Positions 20,875 to 30,965 of a stretch of DNA of 64,000 nt are shown here, piece after piece. Under the pieces are notes generated by a model. It saw nothing but the letters and a program-made list of their open reading frames with translations, had not been told where the DNA came from and did not search any database. Where the stretch lies: positions 640,001 to 704,000 of the forward strand of contig CAVRBU010000004.1 in assembly GCA_963719315.1 (NCBI GenBank), written 5' to 3'. Source of the DNA: an uncultured Planctomycetota bacterium. Its GTDB lineage: Bacteria > Planctomycetota > Planctomycetia > Pirellulales > Lacipirellulaceae. Within the stretch, counting starts at the first letter, position 1, and each line of letters starts with the position of its first letter. The position numbers were made by a program, and so were the translations under genes.

Positions 20875-20946
20875 CACCACGGAGCCACAGAGAGCACAGA
20901 GAAGCACTCTTTATGTCTTCTTCTCCGTGGTCTTTGTGTCTTGTGG
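20875..20946. repeat. Imperfect inverted-repeat element built of CAC(A/G)GAG units at ~9-nt spacing
   Basis: ccacggagccacagagagcacagagaag ... cttctccgtggtctttgtgtcttgtgg fills the gap between two co-oriented genes. Confidence 0.65.
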
Positions 20947-21990
20947 CTATTCGTTCCAACCGTGCGCGTCCCGAACGGCGACCATCATCGCCAGGATGTC
21001 GTTCCACGTGTGCGGATTCATCAATGTTTCGTTCGGGAACATGCAGCCATCCCAACAAATGTGTTTGAAGCGCTTGCTTGGCTTGCCGCCTTCGTCGCGA
21101 AGCCAGTAGCCGGCGTATTTCACAACATCCAGCTTGCCGTCCGGCGCGTTCGGCAGACAGTGCCGGCCGGTTTTATCGTGTGAGCCCGAGCCGAATACCT
21201 CGCCATTATTTTGCGCAACGTGGAAGTCAATCGTCCACGGGCGCAGCGCGTCGGTCAACCGTTTGTAACCGGCCTCGAACGCGGCCTGGTCCTCCCAGCG
21301 GAAATCGGCCGGCACCAGACGGTCTTCCGGCGCGTTGTGCCCCATCATGAACAGCAGCGTGTGGGCCATGTCGGCCTGGAAGCCAAGTGTTTCCGGCCGA
21401 TTGACGGCTTCCAGTAACTCGACCATGTGCCGAGCGCTGTGCATGCCGCCCCAGCAGATTTCGCCTTCCGCCGCCAGCCGCTCGCCGAACTCTTCTGCAA
21501 TGTCGCACGCCTTGCGAAACGTGTCGGCGATACGTTGCGTATTAGCCTTCGGATTCGCGGCCCATTCGGAAGGCGAACAAGCCGAGTCGATCCGCACGAC
21601 GCCATACGGGCGAATGCCGATTTGCCGCAACGTGCGGGCGATACGGCAACCCTTGCGAACCTGCGTGAGGAATTGTTCGCTGGCCGCGTCGTCGCCCATC
21701 GCCGAGCCGCCGCCCGTCGGCGGCCAAACCGGCGCGACGACCGAGCCGACGACTAATCCGTGCCCGCGAACTTTCTTCGCCAGCTCCTCCAGTTGCTTAT
21801 CCGTGGAATCGATGCTGACGTGCGGATCGAACAGAAACAAATCGACGCCATCGAACCGCTGGCCTTTCACCTCGGCTGCCGCCGTGAATTCGAGCATCGT
21901 ATCGAGCTCAATCGGCGGCTCACTGCCCTCGCCTTTGCCGACCACGCCAGGCCAGGCGGCGTTGTGCAATTTCGGAAAACTATTTGTCAT
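20947..21990 (-). CDS. Sugar phosphate isomerase/epimerase (xylose-isomerase-like TIM barrel)
   Basis: [34 protein letters not shown] pattern of metal ligands; sugar operon context. Confidence 0.78.
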   Translation of the reverse strand: MTNSFPKLHNAAWPGVVGKGEGSEPPIELDTMLEFTAAAEVKGQRFDGVDLFLFDPHVSIDSTDKQLEELAKKVRGHGLVVGSVVAPVWPPTGGGSAMGDDAASEQFLTQVRKGCRIARTLRQIGIRPYGVVRIDSACSPSEWAANPKANTQRIADTFRKACDIAEEFGERLAAEGEICWGGMHSARHMVELLEAVNRPETLGFQADMAHTLLFMMGHNAPEDRLVPADFRWEDQAAFEAGYKRLTDALRPWTIDFHVAQNNGEVFGSGSHDKTGRHCLPNAPDGKLDVVKYAGYWLRDEGGKPSKRFKHICWDGCMFPNETLMNPHTWNDILAMMVAVRDAHGWNE

Positions 21991-22817
21991 CGCGAAGTCC
22001 TATTGCGCTGCTGAAACTGTTTGTACCGCGACTCCAACGCATTGGGGGACGGACGATATTTCTTGCAATCGAGGGTCTTACCGGCGATCTTTCCATACTG
22101 ATTGTCATGCGCAAGTTTTGGCGAAATTTCGATCTGCAACCCATCTGGCTTGATCCCAATAAGGTCGAGGTCGAACAACGTGTGAATATCTGCCCTCAAC
22201 AAGAGTCCGTTCGTTGGGTTATTATCGTTTTCGCCGCGATAAGGATTGATGTGTGTAGCTTCCAACACTGCCACAACCTCACAGCCCGTCACCATACATC
22301 GATTACCGTATCGCTTGCGCATGGCGTCACGGAACTGCTGCTGCCCCCGCCGCACTTTGATTTGACGCTCAACGAGGCTTCTCTCGTCGCCATCGTGAGG
22401 AGTGTACTCTGAATCTTCGTACTTTTGCCCTTCATCTGCTTCGTCGTCTGTTAGCCGCACCGGTTCAGGTAATGCGCGTTTTGGAAACGCCGCTTTCCCA
22501 TTGCCGTTCAACCTTATGTATTCACGCACCTTTTCGGCAAAATCGCGAGAGAGCTCGGGTATACGGACCCCGCCGCCACACTCATACGGGCGCAAGCCTT
22601 TAGGACATCTGTCGAAGAGCCAGTCCTCCCATTTCTTTCGCCAAAAAGGACTGTTGGGAGTTCGTTCATCCTCCGGGAAGATGTTTCGAAATTCATCGCC
22701 AGAAAGTGGATTGCCACGTTCGATTGCTTTCGCAACTTCCTGAAAGAGTGCATCACCGTGGTACAAGCCCTTGTAAGGACCCGACGCGAGCACTTTACGG
22801 CGCTTTTCTTTCAACAT
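21987..22817 (-). CDS. HNH endonuclease with uncharacterised N-terminal domain
   Basis: [37 protein letters not shown] (HNH_2-type); stop overlaps the next start (ATGA). Confidence 0.88.
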   Translation of the reverse strand: MLKEKRRKVLASGPYKGLYHGDALFQEVAKAIERGNPLSGDEFRNIFPEDERTPNSPFWRKKWEDWLFDRCPKGLRPYECGGGVRIPELSRDFAEKVREYIRLNGNGKAAFPKRALPEPVRLTDDEADEGQKYEDSEYTPHDGDERSLVERQIKVRRGQQQFRDAMRKRYGNRCMVTGCEVVAVLEATHINPYRGENDNNPTNGLLLRADIHTLFDLDLIGIKPDGLQIEISPKLAHDNQYGKIAGKTLDCKKYRPSPNALESRYKQFQQRNRTSR

Positions 22818-22870
22818 AAATCCGCACTCAATTAATTATGTTGGCGACTCGGCGCTTGGATAAGCAGTTG

Positions 22871-24128
22871 TTAATTCGTGTCGCCGATCTTGGGCAAGTT
22901 GGCATGCACATCCGGCCCAAAGTAGCGCAGACCCACGAGCGGCTCGCTACCCGTGTTCTCGATCTTAATGCCGCAACGGGCCGCCTCGTACGAGATGAAT
23001 ACTTCATCCTCGGTCCGAGCGCCGAAGCGAATCATGACGGGCGTTTGGATATCGAGTCCGCCGATTCGTCCGCGACCTTGCACCGTGATCCAGCCGCTTG
23101 CGCCAGGATCCTGGAGCGTGCAGCTTGCGCCCGGCTCGAGCGTTAGCTCCTTCGAGCTGAAGAGCTGCTGACCGTCGATCGTGCCGTACACGATCCAGCG
23201 ATCGGTGTAGCCTTTGCCGCTGCGCTCTTTGTCGATGATCGGCTCCAAGTAATTGTGCTCCTTGAAATGTGTATCGACGTTGCGCTCCCAATCGAGCTGG
23301 CCGACAATGAAGTCGAGATCCTGATGCTTGTCGGCCGGCATGTCTTTCACCAAAAGCGACCACGGGACTTCGCGGCCTTCGACGAGCGACTGGAACATGC
23401 CGAACACATCGGAGCCCCATTGCGGTTCGTACGTGCAAAGCGAACCCGGGGCGTGGAGCACGCCGGGCGGGATCAGCCAGCCCGTGCCCCGCTTCAGCCG
23501 ATATGCCCGCGACAGATCGAGGATGCCGTTGTCGCCCTTGCTCCAATCCTCCAGGCACTTGCGAACATCCGCCTTTGTGGTGCCCGGCTCCAGGCCCATG
23601 AACGTGTAGGCGAAGTTGTTGTCCACGTTGTTGAGCTGCGGGGGAAAGTAGTAGCTCTCGGGTTTGCCTTCCTGCCCGACGAGCTTGGCGTCGGCGAAAC
23701 CCTGATGCATATGGTGCGGAATCGGGCCCATGTTGTCGAAAAACTTCGAGTACACGGGCCAACGATCGTATTTCTTGTACATCGCCTCGCCGATCAACTG
23801 CGGCCCAGCCTCCGCCACGGCGTCGCGCAACAAAAACTCTTCACCCTCGAATTCGCAGAAGCTCAGCCCCTCGTGCCACACGCGGCCTTCGTTGGCCGCC
23901 TCGGTGGTGCTGGAAAACCACCGCTCGTCGATGCCGCCACGATGGGCTCCGTACGCGTACCAGTCGTCCGGGTGCAATTTGATCCGCTTACCAGGATGCA
24001 GAAACGACCGCGGGACCCACGTGGGCGTCAGCCGCAAGAGACCATTACCGGCTTCGAGCGCGCGGCCGAGCAGGCCGCCGATGCTATCGCGTTTTGTGAC
24101 ATTCGGGCGCTTGCTTGACGGTTGGCAT
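22871..24128 (-). CDS. Cupin / phosphomannose-isomerase-like conserved protein; probable frameshift near 24105
   Basis: SKFFD, PIPHHMHQ, GKPESYYF, PPGVLHAPG, YEPQ-GSD match type I PMI-like metal motifs. The frame stays open upstream of 24037 (NVTKRDSIGGLLGRALEAGNGLLRL); ATG 24128 with an upstream GGGAG is in another frame. Confidence 0.7.
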
Positions 24129-24220
24129 GACGCTCAAAACTCCCGACAAAAAATGGGTAAACCAGCGTGTACGCCGAGACGATTCTTTAGCGCGGTCGCG
24201 TGTCTTGTGCCACTTCGATC

Positions 24221-26158
24221 TTACTGCGAATTCGACAGCGCACGCGCGCGATCCGCCAACTTACCCTGCGGTGCGGCCCGCAGCGCCTTCTCGCCGGCGG
24301 TTTTGGCGGCCGCGGGATCCTTATCCTTGATCTTCTCGCCAATGAAAATGGCGACCTCGACCGCGCGATCGCGGACCTGCGCGTCGTCTAACAACGAGCT
24401 CGCCAGTTTAACCGATTCGGCGGACGGACATCGCTTCAACGCGTCCAGTGCCAGCGCGCGCTCTTCATCGCGCTCGGCCACCGCCAGCGCCTGGCGACAC
24501 ATCTCCAGCCTCGCCGCGTCGGACATTTTCAGTTGACGCGCAAGGCGGAGATACCCCCGCAGTGCTCGAACTCGGAACTTGTCCGGGGAAGAACTCTTCG
24601 ATATTTCCATCAATACGGGTGCAGCGTCTACCGTCATCCACTCGCCGAGCACGCGAGTTCCGACGTCCTGTAGCTCCGGATCGCCGCTCTTTACGGCCGC
24701 GGCAATCGTTTCCAAAGCCTTAGGTCCACCCATTGCGCCCAGAATTCGCAATAGACTCGCTTTGGTCGCCGTCGATGCGTGTGGCAACGCGGCGGCCAGT
24801 TGTGCCGCCGTTGCCTCACGATTGGGCATGCGGATGCATGCCGTTTGCAGCGCCCGCTCAGCAGACTTCGCATCGGCCCCGCTCGTGTCACTCGTAACTT
24901 GGGAGATAAGCACCGCTAAATCCTTGGGCTTCACGGTGGCGCCCAACGCGGCCAGCGCCGCGTCCCGAGTTGCCTCATCGCCCTGGCCGAGTGCTTTCAC
25001 AAGCGCCGGAACTGCGTCGATCCGCCGCTGCCCGACTAGTTCGATCAACACGGCTAGTGATTTGTCTCTGGCATCCGGCAGTCGACGCGCCAGTTCGGCG
25101 TTCACGTGCTCGCCAGGTAGCCCGGCAAGCGCTGTTTTCGCGGCCTGCGATAATTCGGCATCATCCTCTATGGCTACTTGCAGCAGCGATGGCACGGCTG
25201 AGGCATCGCCTTTTCGGCCGACCACTTGAATGGCGGCCAGACGCACCCGCTTGTCGCCGGTGCTCGCCGCGCGGACCACGGCCGAGGGCAGCCCGGCATC
25301 GCCGCGGTCGCCGAGTGCAATCACCATCAAAGAGGCTCGTTCAGGCGAGGCCCCGGCAAGCTCGGCCGACAATGCTTTAGCAACCTCCGGTCCGCGCAAT
25401 TCGCGAGCGACGGTAAGACCGAGCGCGAACCGCTTCATGTCGGGCGACTTCAATTGCTCGACCAAAAGCGGAATTCCCTGCGTTCCGCGCGCGATGATGG
25501 CGCCGCGCGTCGCCTCGAGCATTCTTTGCTTCGGAACGTTCGCCTGACGAACTTGGTCGTAAATCTCGACTGCTTGCCCGCTCTTGCCATCCGCCAGCAA
25601 TCGCTCAGCGCATAGAATGCATCCTTCCGCTATTGCCGAGCGAACTTCTGGCGCAGCGCTGGCCAACGATTGGCGAAGCGCTTGAATGGCCTTCTCATTG
25701 GCGATGCGGCCCAGCGCCACGGCCGATGCCGATGCGACTTCCGCATCCGCATCCTTTATCCGTCCAACCAAAAGATCGACGGCCCCGCCCGATTTGCGGA
25801 CGCCGATCGAATTGATTGTTCCCACCAGCAGCCGGCCGTGAAGTGTTTTTGCGGCTTCCAGCAAAGCCGCGTCAGCCGCCGGATCGGGAATCGCTTCGAG
25901 CGCGATCCGCGACCACGAGGCGAGCTGCTCGTCGCTCAGCAGCTTTGCCAATTCGGGCACGGCTGCCTTGCTGCCGTGAATTGCCAGTTGCTTGCAGGCG
26001 ATCGCTTTCTCCGCCGGTGCACCTGTTTGCAGCGTTTTGAGCAGTTGTTTCTCAGAGGGCGCCGGCAAATTACCTGCGGCCCACAATAGTTGACCAACAG
26101 TGCAAACAAGAACCGCAAGCAATGCGTTGCGACAAAACGAGAGATGAGGTTTATCCAT
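24221..26158 (-). CDS. Secreted HEAT/PBS-lyase repeat protein
   Basis: Signal peptide, then Ala/Leu-rich helical repeats (AVPELAKLL, ASASAVALGRI, VRLAAIQVVG). Confidence 0.8.
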   Translation of the reverse strand: MDKPHLSFCRNALLAVLVCTVGQLLWAAGNLPAPSEKQLLKTLQTGAPAEKAIACKQLAIHGSKAAVPELAKLLSDEQLASWSRIALEAIPDPAADAALLEAAKTLHGRLLVGTINSIGVRKSGGAVDLLVGRIKDADAEVASASAVALGRIANEKAIQALRQSLASAAPEVRSAIAEGCILCAERLLADGKSGQAVEIYDQVRQANVPKQRMLEATRGAIIARGTQGIPLLVEQLKSPDMKRFALGLTVARELRGPEVAKALSAELAGASPERASLMVIALGDRGDAGLPSAVVRAASTGDKRVRLAAIQVVGRKGDASAVPSLLQVAIEDDAELSQAAKTALAGLPGEHVNAELARRLPDARDKSLAVLIELVGQRRIDAVPALVKALGQGDEATRDAALAALGATVKPKDLAVLISQVTSDTSGADAKSAERALQTACIRMPNREATAAQLAAALPHASTATKASLLRILGAMGGPKALETIAAAVKSGDPELQDVGTRVLGEWMTVDAAPVLMEISKSSSPDKFRVRALRGYLRLARQLKMSDAARLEMCRQALAVAERDEERALALDALKRCPSAESVKLASSLLDDAQVRDRAVEVAIFIGEKIKDKDPAAAKTAGEKALRAAPQGKLADRARALSNSQ

Positions 26159-26223
26159 GATTCGTATCCTGTCAATCATTTGGGACTGAATGAGATGGCA
26201 AAAGTGGCGGAAACCGGTGGCAC

Positions 26224-27528
26224 CTAAATCCGCCACGGTTCGCGTAACGCCTCCGACCGCAAACGATTCGCCTCGGCGTCGCCGATAAATTCATGCTTGG
26301 TGAGATCCAAGTTGACCTTGCGATTGAGCGCGAGCGCGATGTTTGCCGCGTGACATGCGATATGCGCATTACAAGCCGCCTCCGCGTTGCCTTTGGGCTT
26401 GCCGCGCGTTTTCACGCAATCGAGGAAGTCGCGGACGTGAAAAGTGGCTGGATAGCCGCCGATTTCCGCGACCTTTCGGCCGGCGATAAGCTCCGGCGAG
26501 CTCAACACCAGCTTGCCGCTGTCTCCGGCTTCGACCCATCCCGTTTCGCCTTCGAACCGCACCGGGCACGAGCCCAAGGGGAGCCAACCGGTCTCGCGGA
26601 AAATCAACTTTACGCCATTTGCGTACCGCGCCACCATCTGGCCATTTTCGGGCGGGTTGTATTCAATCGGCGCCGTCCCATCGGCGCCGACCGCCCACTG
26701 GCAAAGATCGACGCAGTGCGATCCCCATTCCAGCACGCCGCCGCCAACCAACCCGCCCCCTTTTTCGAAGTTAAAGCCGTCGAGAAGTTTTGCGTTGTAC
26801 GGACGCCATGCCGCGGGACCAAGGTACATGTCCCAATCGACCACCTCCATGTCCGGCACGGGCTCGGCCGGCAGCCAGCCGCTCATCAGCGCGGTCATGC
26901 CCATCGGGTGGGCATAAACGGTGTGCAGTTTTCCGAGCTTTCCGGTACGCGCCAACTCGCAAGCAAAGGCGAAGTGCGGCAGATTCCGCCGCTGCGTGCC
27001 AACCTGAAAGACAACTCCCGTACGGCGCATGGTCTCGACCAGCGCCAGGCTCTGGGCGATATTCTTCGTGCAGGGCTTCTCGCAATACATGTCCTTACCG
27101 GCCCGTGCGGCGTTCATCGCGGCAGTTGCATGCCAGTTCGGTCCCGTCGCGATCAATACCGCGTCGATGTCGTCGCGGGCGAGCAAGTCGCGAAAGTCGC
27201 GAAACTGCTTGCAGTCTTGGTTCCCGTATTTATCGTCCGCGATTTTCTTGACCGCATCGCGGCGATCCGCTTTCACATCGCACACGGCGACGAATTGAAC
27301 GTCCTTTTGCTCCAGGAAGCAGCCGAGGTCATACGTTCCCCGGTGGCCGATGCCAATTCCTCCGAGCGTAATTCGCTCGCTGGGAGCCACGTGCCCGTCG
27401 AGCCCCAGCGCGGAACTCGGGATCGGGATGCCTCCGAACGCCGATGCGGCGAAGCCGGCGCCAACCGAAGTACGCAAAAACCCCCGCCGCGACAAACCAC
27501 CCGTTCGCCCGATGTTCATGACGTCCAC
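26224..27528 (-). CDS. Tat-exported Gfo/Idh/MocA oxidoreductase
   Basis: SRRGFL Tat motif, GGIGIGHRG, YCEKP, QVGTQRR, WDMYLGPA, WGSHCVD. Confidence 0.9.
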   Translation of the reverse strand: MDVMNIGRTGGLSRRGFLRTSVGAGFAASAFGGIPIPSSALGLDGHVAPSERITLGGIGIGHRGTYDLGCFLEQKDVQFVAVCDVKADRRDAVKKIADDKYGNQDCKQFRDFRDLLARDDIDAVLIATGPNWHATAAMNAARAGKDMYCEKPCTKNIAQSLALVETMRRTGVVFQVGTQRRNLPHFAFACELARTGKLGKLHTVYAHPMGMTALMSGWLPAEPVPDMEVVDWDMYLGPAAWRPYNAKLLDGFNFEKGGGLVGGGVLEWGSHCVDLCQWAVGADGTAPIEYNPPENGQMVARYANGVKLIFRETGWLPLGSCPVRFEGETGWVEAGDSGKLVLSSPELIAGRKVAEIGGYPATFHVRDFLDCVKTRGKPKGNAEAACNAHIACHAANIALALNRKVNLDLTKHEFIGDAEANRLRSEALREPWRI

Positions 27529-27712
27529 CTATCAGCGGTTAAGTGAGGATGAGAGTGAGATGCGCTTTCACGCAACTCTAATGCTCTTATATCGCGGCAA
27601 TGATTCGGCCGCAAGTAGCGCATGGCAATGCACTTAAGATAGTCGATGCAGCCTAACGGCGGATTAGTCGGCCCACTTTGCCCGATGTCTTGAATCAGAC
27701 TTCGAGAGCCGG

Positions 27713-28531
27713 CTATGGTTGCCCCAACTTCTCGCGCAGCCATGCCGGTCGATTAGTTGTGATCGACCACGCGCCAAGCTTCGCATAAAACCTGGCAATT
27801 TCCGGATCGTCCACCGTCCAGACACTAAACTCACCGCAGCCGAGCTCTTTCAGACGCTTGATGAATGCCGCGTCGATGTAGTCCGGCACCGCCTCGGCGT
27901 CGAGACCATCGGCATGAATGCGTTGGACCGTCGCGGCAACTTCCTCGGCCGTCAGACGTTTTTTACCGCCAGGCTTTTCCTGCGGAAAGCCGCACAGCCA
28001 CAGCGCTTTGATCTGCGGCATCTGCTTCTTGCATTCGGCGATCGCATCCTCATGAAAGCTAATGAACACGATCTGATCGGGAGAAATCGACGACTTGGCG
28101 ATCACTTTCGCCATCGGGCCGACCAACTCCGGTCCTGACTTTAGTTCAAGAAAGAACTTCTTGCCTGGCGGGACGGCGTCGAGAACTTCATCGAGCGTCG
28201 GAATCTTTTCACCGCGCCATTTCGGATCTTTCCAACTCCCGATATCCAGCGAGCGCAGTTCGTTGAACGGCGCCTTGGTAACCGACAGTTTTTTGCCGGC
28301 GACTCGCTTCGTATCCGCGTCGTGCAGGCACATGATATGCCCGCCCGCGCCGAGCCAATAGTCCCCCTCAAAGCCGTCGGCTCCCTGCTCGATCGCCAGC
28401 TTGTACGAGGCAATCGTATTCTCCGGCGCGTCGTGCGACGCGCCGCGATGACCGATGATGAGTTGCCCGAAGGCCGATGACCCGAACGCACACATAGCGG
28501 CTAGCGCCAAAGCATTGCGATTGATAATCAT
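27713..28531 (-). CDS. Secreted glycerophosphodiester phosphodiesterase (GDPD)
   Basis: IGHRGAS-DAPENT, FEGD, LHD, IPTLDE, LELK, WTVDD, ITTNRP; signal peptide. Confidence 0.92.
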   Translation of the reverse strand: MIINRNALALAAMCAFGSSAFGQLIIGHRGASHDAPENTIASYKLAIEQGADGFEGDYWLGAGGHIMCLHDADTKRVAGKKLSVTKAPFNELRSLDIGSWKDPKWRGEKIPTLDEVLDAVPPGKKFFLELKSGPELVGPMAKVIAKSSISPDQIVFISFHEDAIAECKKQMPQIKALWLCGFPQEKPGGKKRLTAEEVAATVQRIHADGLDAEAVPDYIDAAFIKRLKELGCGEFSVWTVDDPEIARFYAKLGAWSITTNRPAWLREKLGQP

Positions 28532-30473
28532 TGGTAGGATATCCGATGCAAGTTAAAAGTACGAGCGAGCCAATCCGACTAGGACGATCCCGGCGATTCG
28601 ACCGGTGGCCGACGATTGTCAGCGCCAAGCCAACAGCAGCTACCTTCAACAATGGCGCAGTGCCCGGTTCCGGCACCACCGCAGCCTGCGCTGAACCCGT
28701 GCCGCCCTGCACGTCGCCATAGTGTTGTCGCCAAATAGCGTAATCGAGTTGGTTGACGAGATGATCGCCGTTGCCGTCGGCAGCAAAGAAGCCTGTCTTT
28801 CCGTTGGTATCGCGCCACACGATATAGTCGGCGGAATCTACGACACCGTCCCGGTTAAAGTCTCCTGCCAAAAAGTCGATCGAGGACATCTCGAATTCAA
28901 ACTCGAAATCGGAGGAAGTGCGGTAGAGATCATGGTACGGTGAATAAGTGCGCACGCGAACGGTTTTCCCATCTTGCAGAAACTCCACAACCCGGAGCCA
29001 GCCGTCGCCACCAAAAGTTTCGAATTGTGTGTTGAAAAACATTTGGTGGACAGAGTTTCCCGCGGTGGCTGTGCTCTTCAGGTAAGCTACTCCATCGCCA
29101 CCAAAGTGGCCATTAAAGACCAATTCGAAATTGTCGTGTTGCTTCACGAATCCTTGCCAGAGTTCTTCGCCGGAATAGTCGGCGGCGACATTCGTCGAAG
29201 TGCTGCGCGTTCCGCCGCTTCCCAAATAATTGTGCGTAAGCAGGACGGCCGAATAATCGGCGTATTGTGGCAGACCGGCGATTTGATTGGCCCAAGCGAC
29301 CGTAGCCGGGCGAGGCTCCCACTCCAACGAGAAGACTAGCATTTTTCGACCGTCGGGCGCCGTGAACGCATAGTAAGCGTTTTGGATATCGCCGGCCGTC
29401 ATCTCGCCTTTGAGAATGCCGCCCTGCGCCGGATCGACAAGTGGGTTGTCGGTAGGCTTGAAATAATTGTTGATCATCGTGTCGCGATTATCGGCATTGG
29501 TAAAGCCGAAATCATGGTTGCCGGCCGCCATGATATAAGGGACAAATCCATTCAAAACGAACATCGACGCTTGGGCGTTTTGCCATTGCTGAGTGCCCGT
29601 TTGATCGCCGGAAGTAGGATTATTAGTATTATTGTTATTAACAATATCGCCTTCCTGAAGTACAGCCTGGATTTTGTAGGCATCGCGATTGTCGCGGATC
29701 CACTGGGTGAGTTGTGTGAAAATCCCTTTGTCGACCGAAGACTTTGCATAGTTCTGAGTATCGGGAAGAACAACCATCGACCAGGCGGCATCTGGCGACG
29801 GCATGAAGGGCGTTTGAGGCACAGTACTCACGAAACCGGGCGACCCATGGTTCTCCCCGTCGGCACTGCGGAACTTGGCGCCATACACTCCGAAGATCGA
29901 TGGTTTCCAGTTCGTGCCGATGTTATTCGCCGTGGAATTGAGGGCCCCCGGCAGTAGAAAAATGCTCTGACCGTCGGAGCCATTCACGCGCGGCCAGCCA
30001 TTGGCGTCGTCGATATTCACGAAATCGCGAAAAACGGAACTGACGTCGCGAATGGCGATCGTTTCATTGGTTGGGGATGGAGTGTTCGCGAGACTAGGAA
30101 AGTTGCTTACCTGAACTCTATTGATACCGGTTCCCCATTCCGCGTCGAAACTCGCGGCGTCTCCCGTCACGACGAGCGCTTGCAAAGGCGGAATCAAGGT
30201 GCCCGCCGGAAAGGGATCGGCATAGTCCCCGTCTTGAGAATCGCCAATCTGCCAACCGCCGATATCGACCACACTCGAGCCGCTGTTGTAGAGCTCGATC
30301 CACTCCCGATAGATGTTGGGAGTAACAGTAGTATCGAGATCAGTACCTTGAGGGTTGTACATGATCTCGCTAATGATAACTTCGGCCCGTGCCGCGGGCT
30401 GAGCAATGCCGGTCAGCGAGATCAGAAGTAGAACGATTCTTGAAAGGCGGCGCCGCATAGGTTCAAGTTCCAC
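28368..30473 (-). CDS. Lamin-tail domain + calcineurin-like metallophosphoesterase + dockerin-like + PEP-CTERM surface protein
   Basis: IISEIMYNP...EWIELYN (LTD); LPDTQ, GDIV, GNHD, LTH, NGH; GDFNRDGVVDSADYIVWR; VPEP + hydrophobic + basic tail. The ORF runs 164 nt into the GDPD gene, so the true end is probably near 28580. Confidence 0.82.
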   Translation of the reverse strand: MELEPMRRRLSRIVLLLISLTGIAQPAARAEVIISEIMYNPQGTDLDTTVTPNIYREWIELYNSGSSVVDIGGWQIGDSQDGDYADPFPAGTLIPPLQALVVTGDAASFDAEWGTGINRVQVSNFPSLANTPSPTNETIAIRDVSSVFRDFVNIDDANGWPRVNGSDGQSIFLLPGALNSTANNIGTNWKPSIFGVYGAKFRSADGENHGSPGFVSTVPQTPFMPSPDAAWSMVVLPDTQNYAKSSVDKGIFTQLTQWIRDNRDAYKIQAVLQEGDIVNNNNTNNPTSGDQTGTQQWQNAQASMFVLNGFVPYIMAAGNHDFGFTNADNRDTMINNYFKPTDNPLVDPAQGGILKGEMTAGDIQNAYYAFTAPDGRKMLVFSLEWEPRPATVAWANQIAGLPQYADYSAVLLTHNYLGSGGTRSTSTNVAADYSGEELWQGFVKQHDNFELVFNGHFGGDGVAYLKSTATAGNSVHQMFFNTQFETFGGDGWLRVVEFLQDGKTVRVRTYSPYHDLYRTSSDFEFEFEMSSIDFLAGDFNRDGVVDSADYIVWRDTNGKTGFFAADGNGDHLVNQLDYAIWRQHYGDVQGGTGSAQAAVVPEPGTAPLLKVAAVGLALTIVGHRSNRRDRPSRIGSLVLLTCIGYPTNDYQSQCFGASRYVCVRVIGLRATHHRSSRRVARRAGEYDCLVQAGDRAGSRRL

Positions 30474-30498
30474 AGTGGCTCGTCGACGTCGCGGTGCG

Positions 30499-30936
30499 TT
30501 ACTTCAGCGCGAATGGCGGAATCTCTCCGCCACCTTTTTCGACTTTGGCCGTAAGTTTCGAACTTTCAGGACTCGTGTAGCGACCTCCAAGGCGATCCTT
30601 CGCCTCGAAAATGCCACGGAAGTTGGGCGGAGGTGTTTCCGGCCAAACGATTGTGACCGTATATTCGCCGATGGGCGCACCATCGCCAGCCTCGAACGAT
30701 TCTAATCGAAACTCACCATTAGCATCCGTGGTGCCGGCCGGCGTGGGCGTTTTCAGGTCCGGCCCGGCCGGCGCAGTCGGGTAAAAAACGACTCGTGCAT
30801 CCGCAGCAGGCTGGCCATCGACGAGCACTTTGCCGTGCACCGGATAAACTTTCACCCGGCCTTCGCCTGTGCCGCAACCGGCTGCCGTCACAAGGATCGC
30901 CGATGCCAGAATTACAGAATACTTCAAGACTTGCAT
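30499..30936 (-). CDS. Small lipoprotein with carboxypeptidase-regulatory-like domain (typical DUF1559 partner)
   Basis: Lipobox AAGC; VHGKVLVDGQP, VVFYP, GTTDANGEF, GAPIGEYTVTI. Confidence 0.82.
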   Translation of the reverse strand: MQVLKYSVILASAILVTAAGCGTGEGRVKVYPVHGKVLVDGQPAADARVVFYPTAPAGPDLKTPTPAGTTDANGEFRLESFEAGDGAPIGEYTVTIVWPETPPPNFRGIFEAKDRLGGRYTSPESSKLTAKVEKGGGEIPPFALK

Positions 30937-30965
30937 TCGCCTAATACTGTTCGTTGCGGAAGGCG

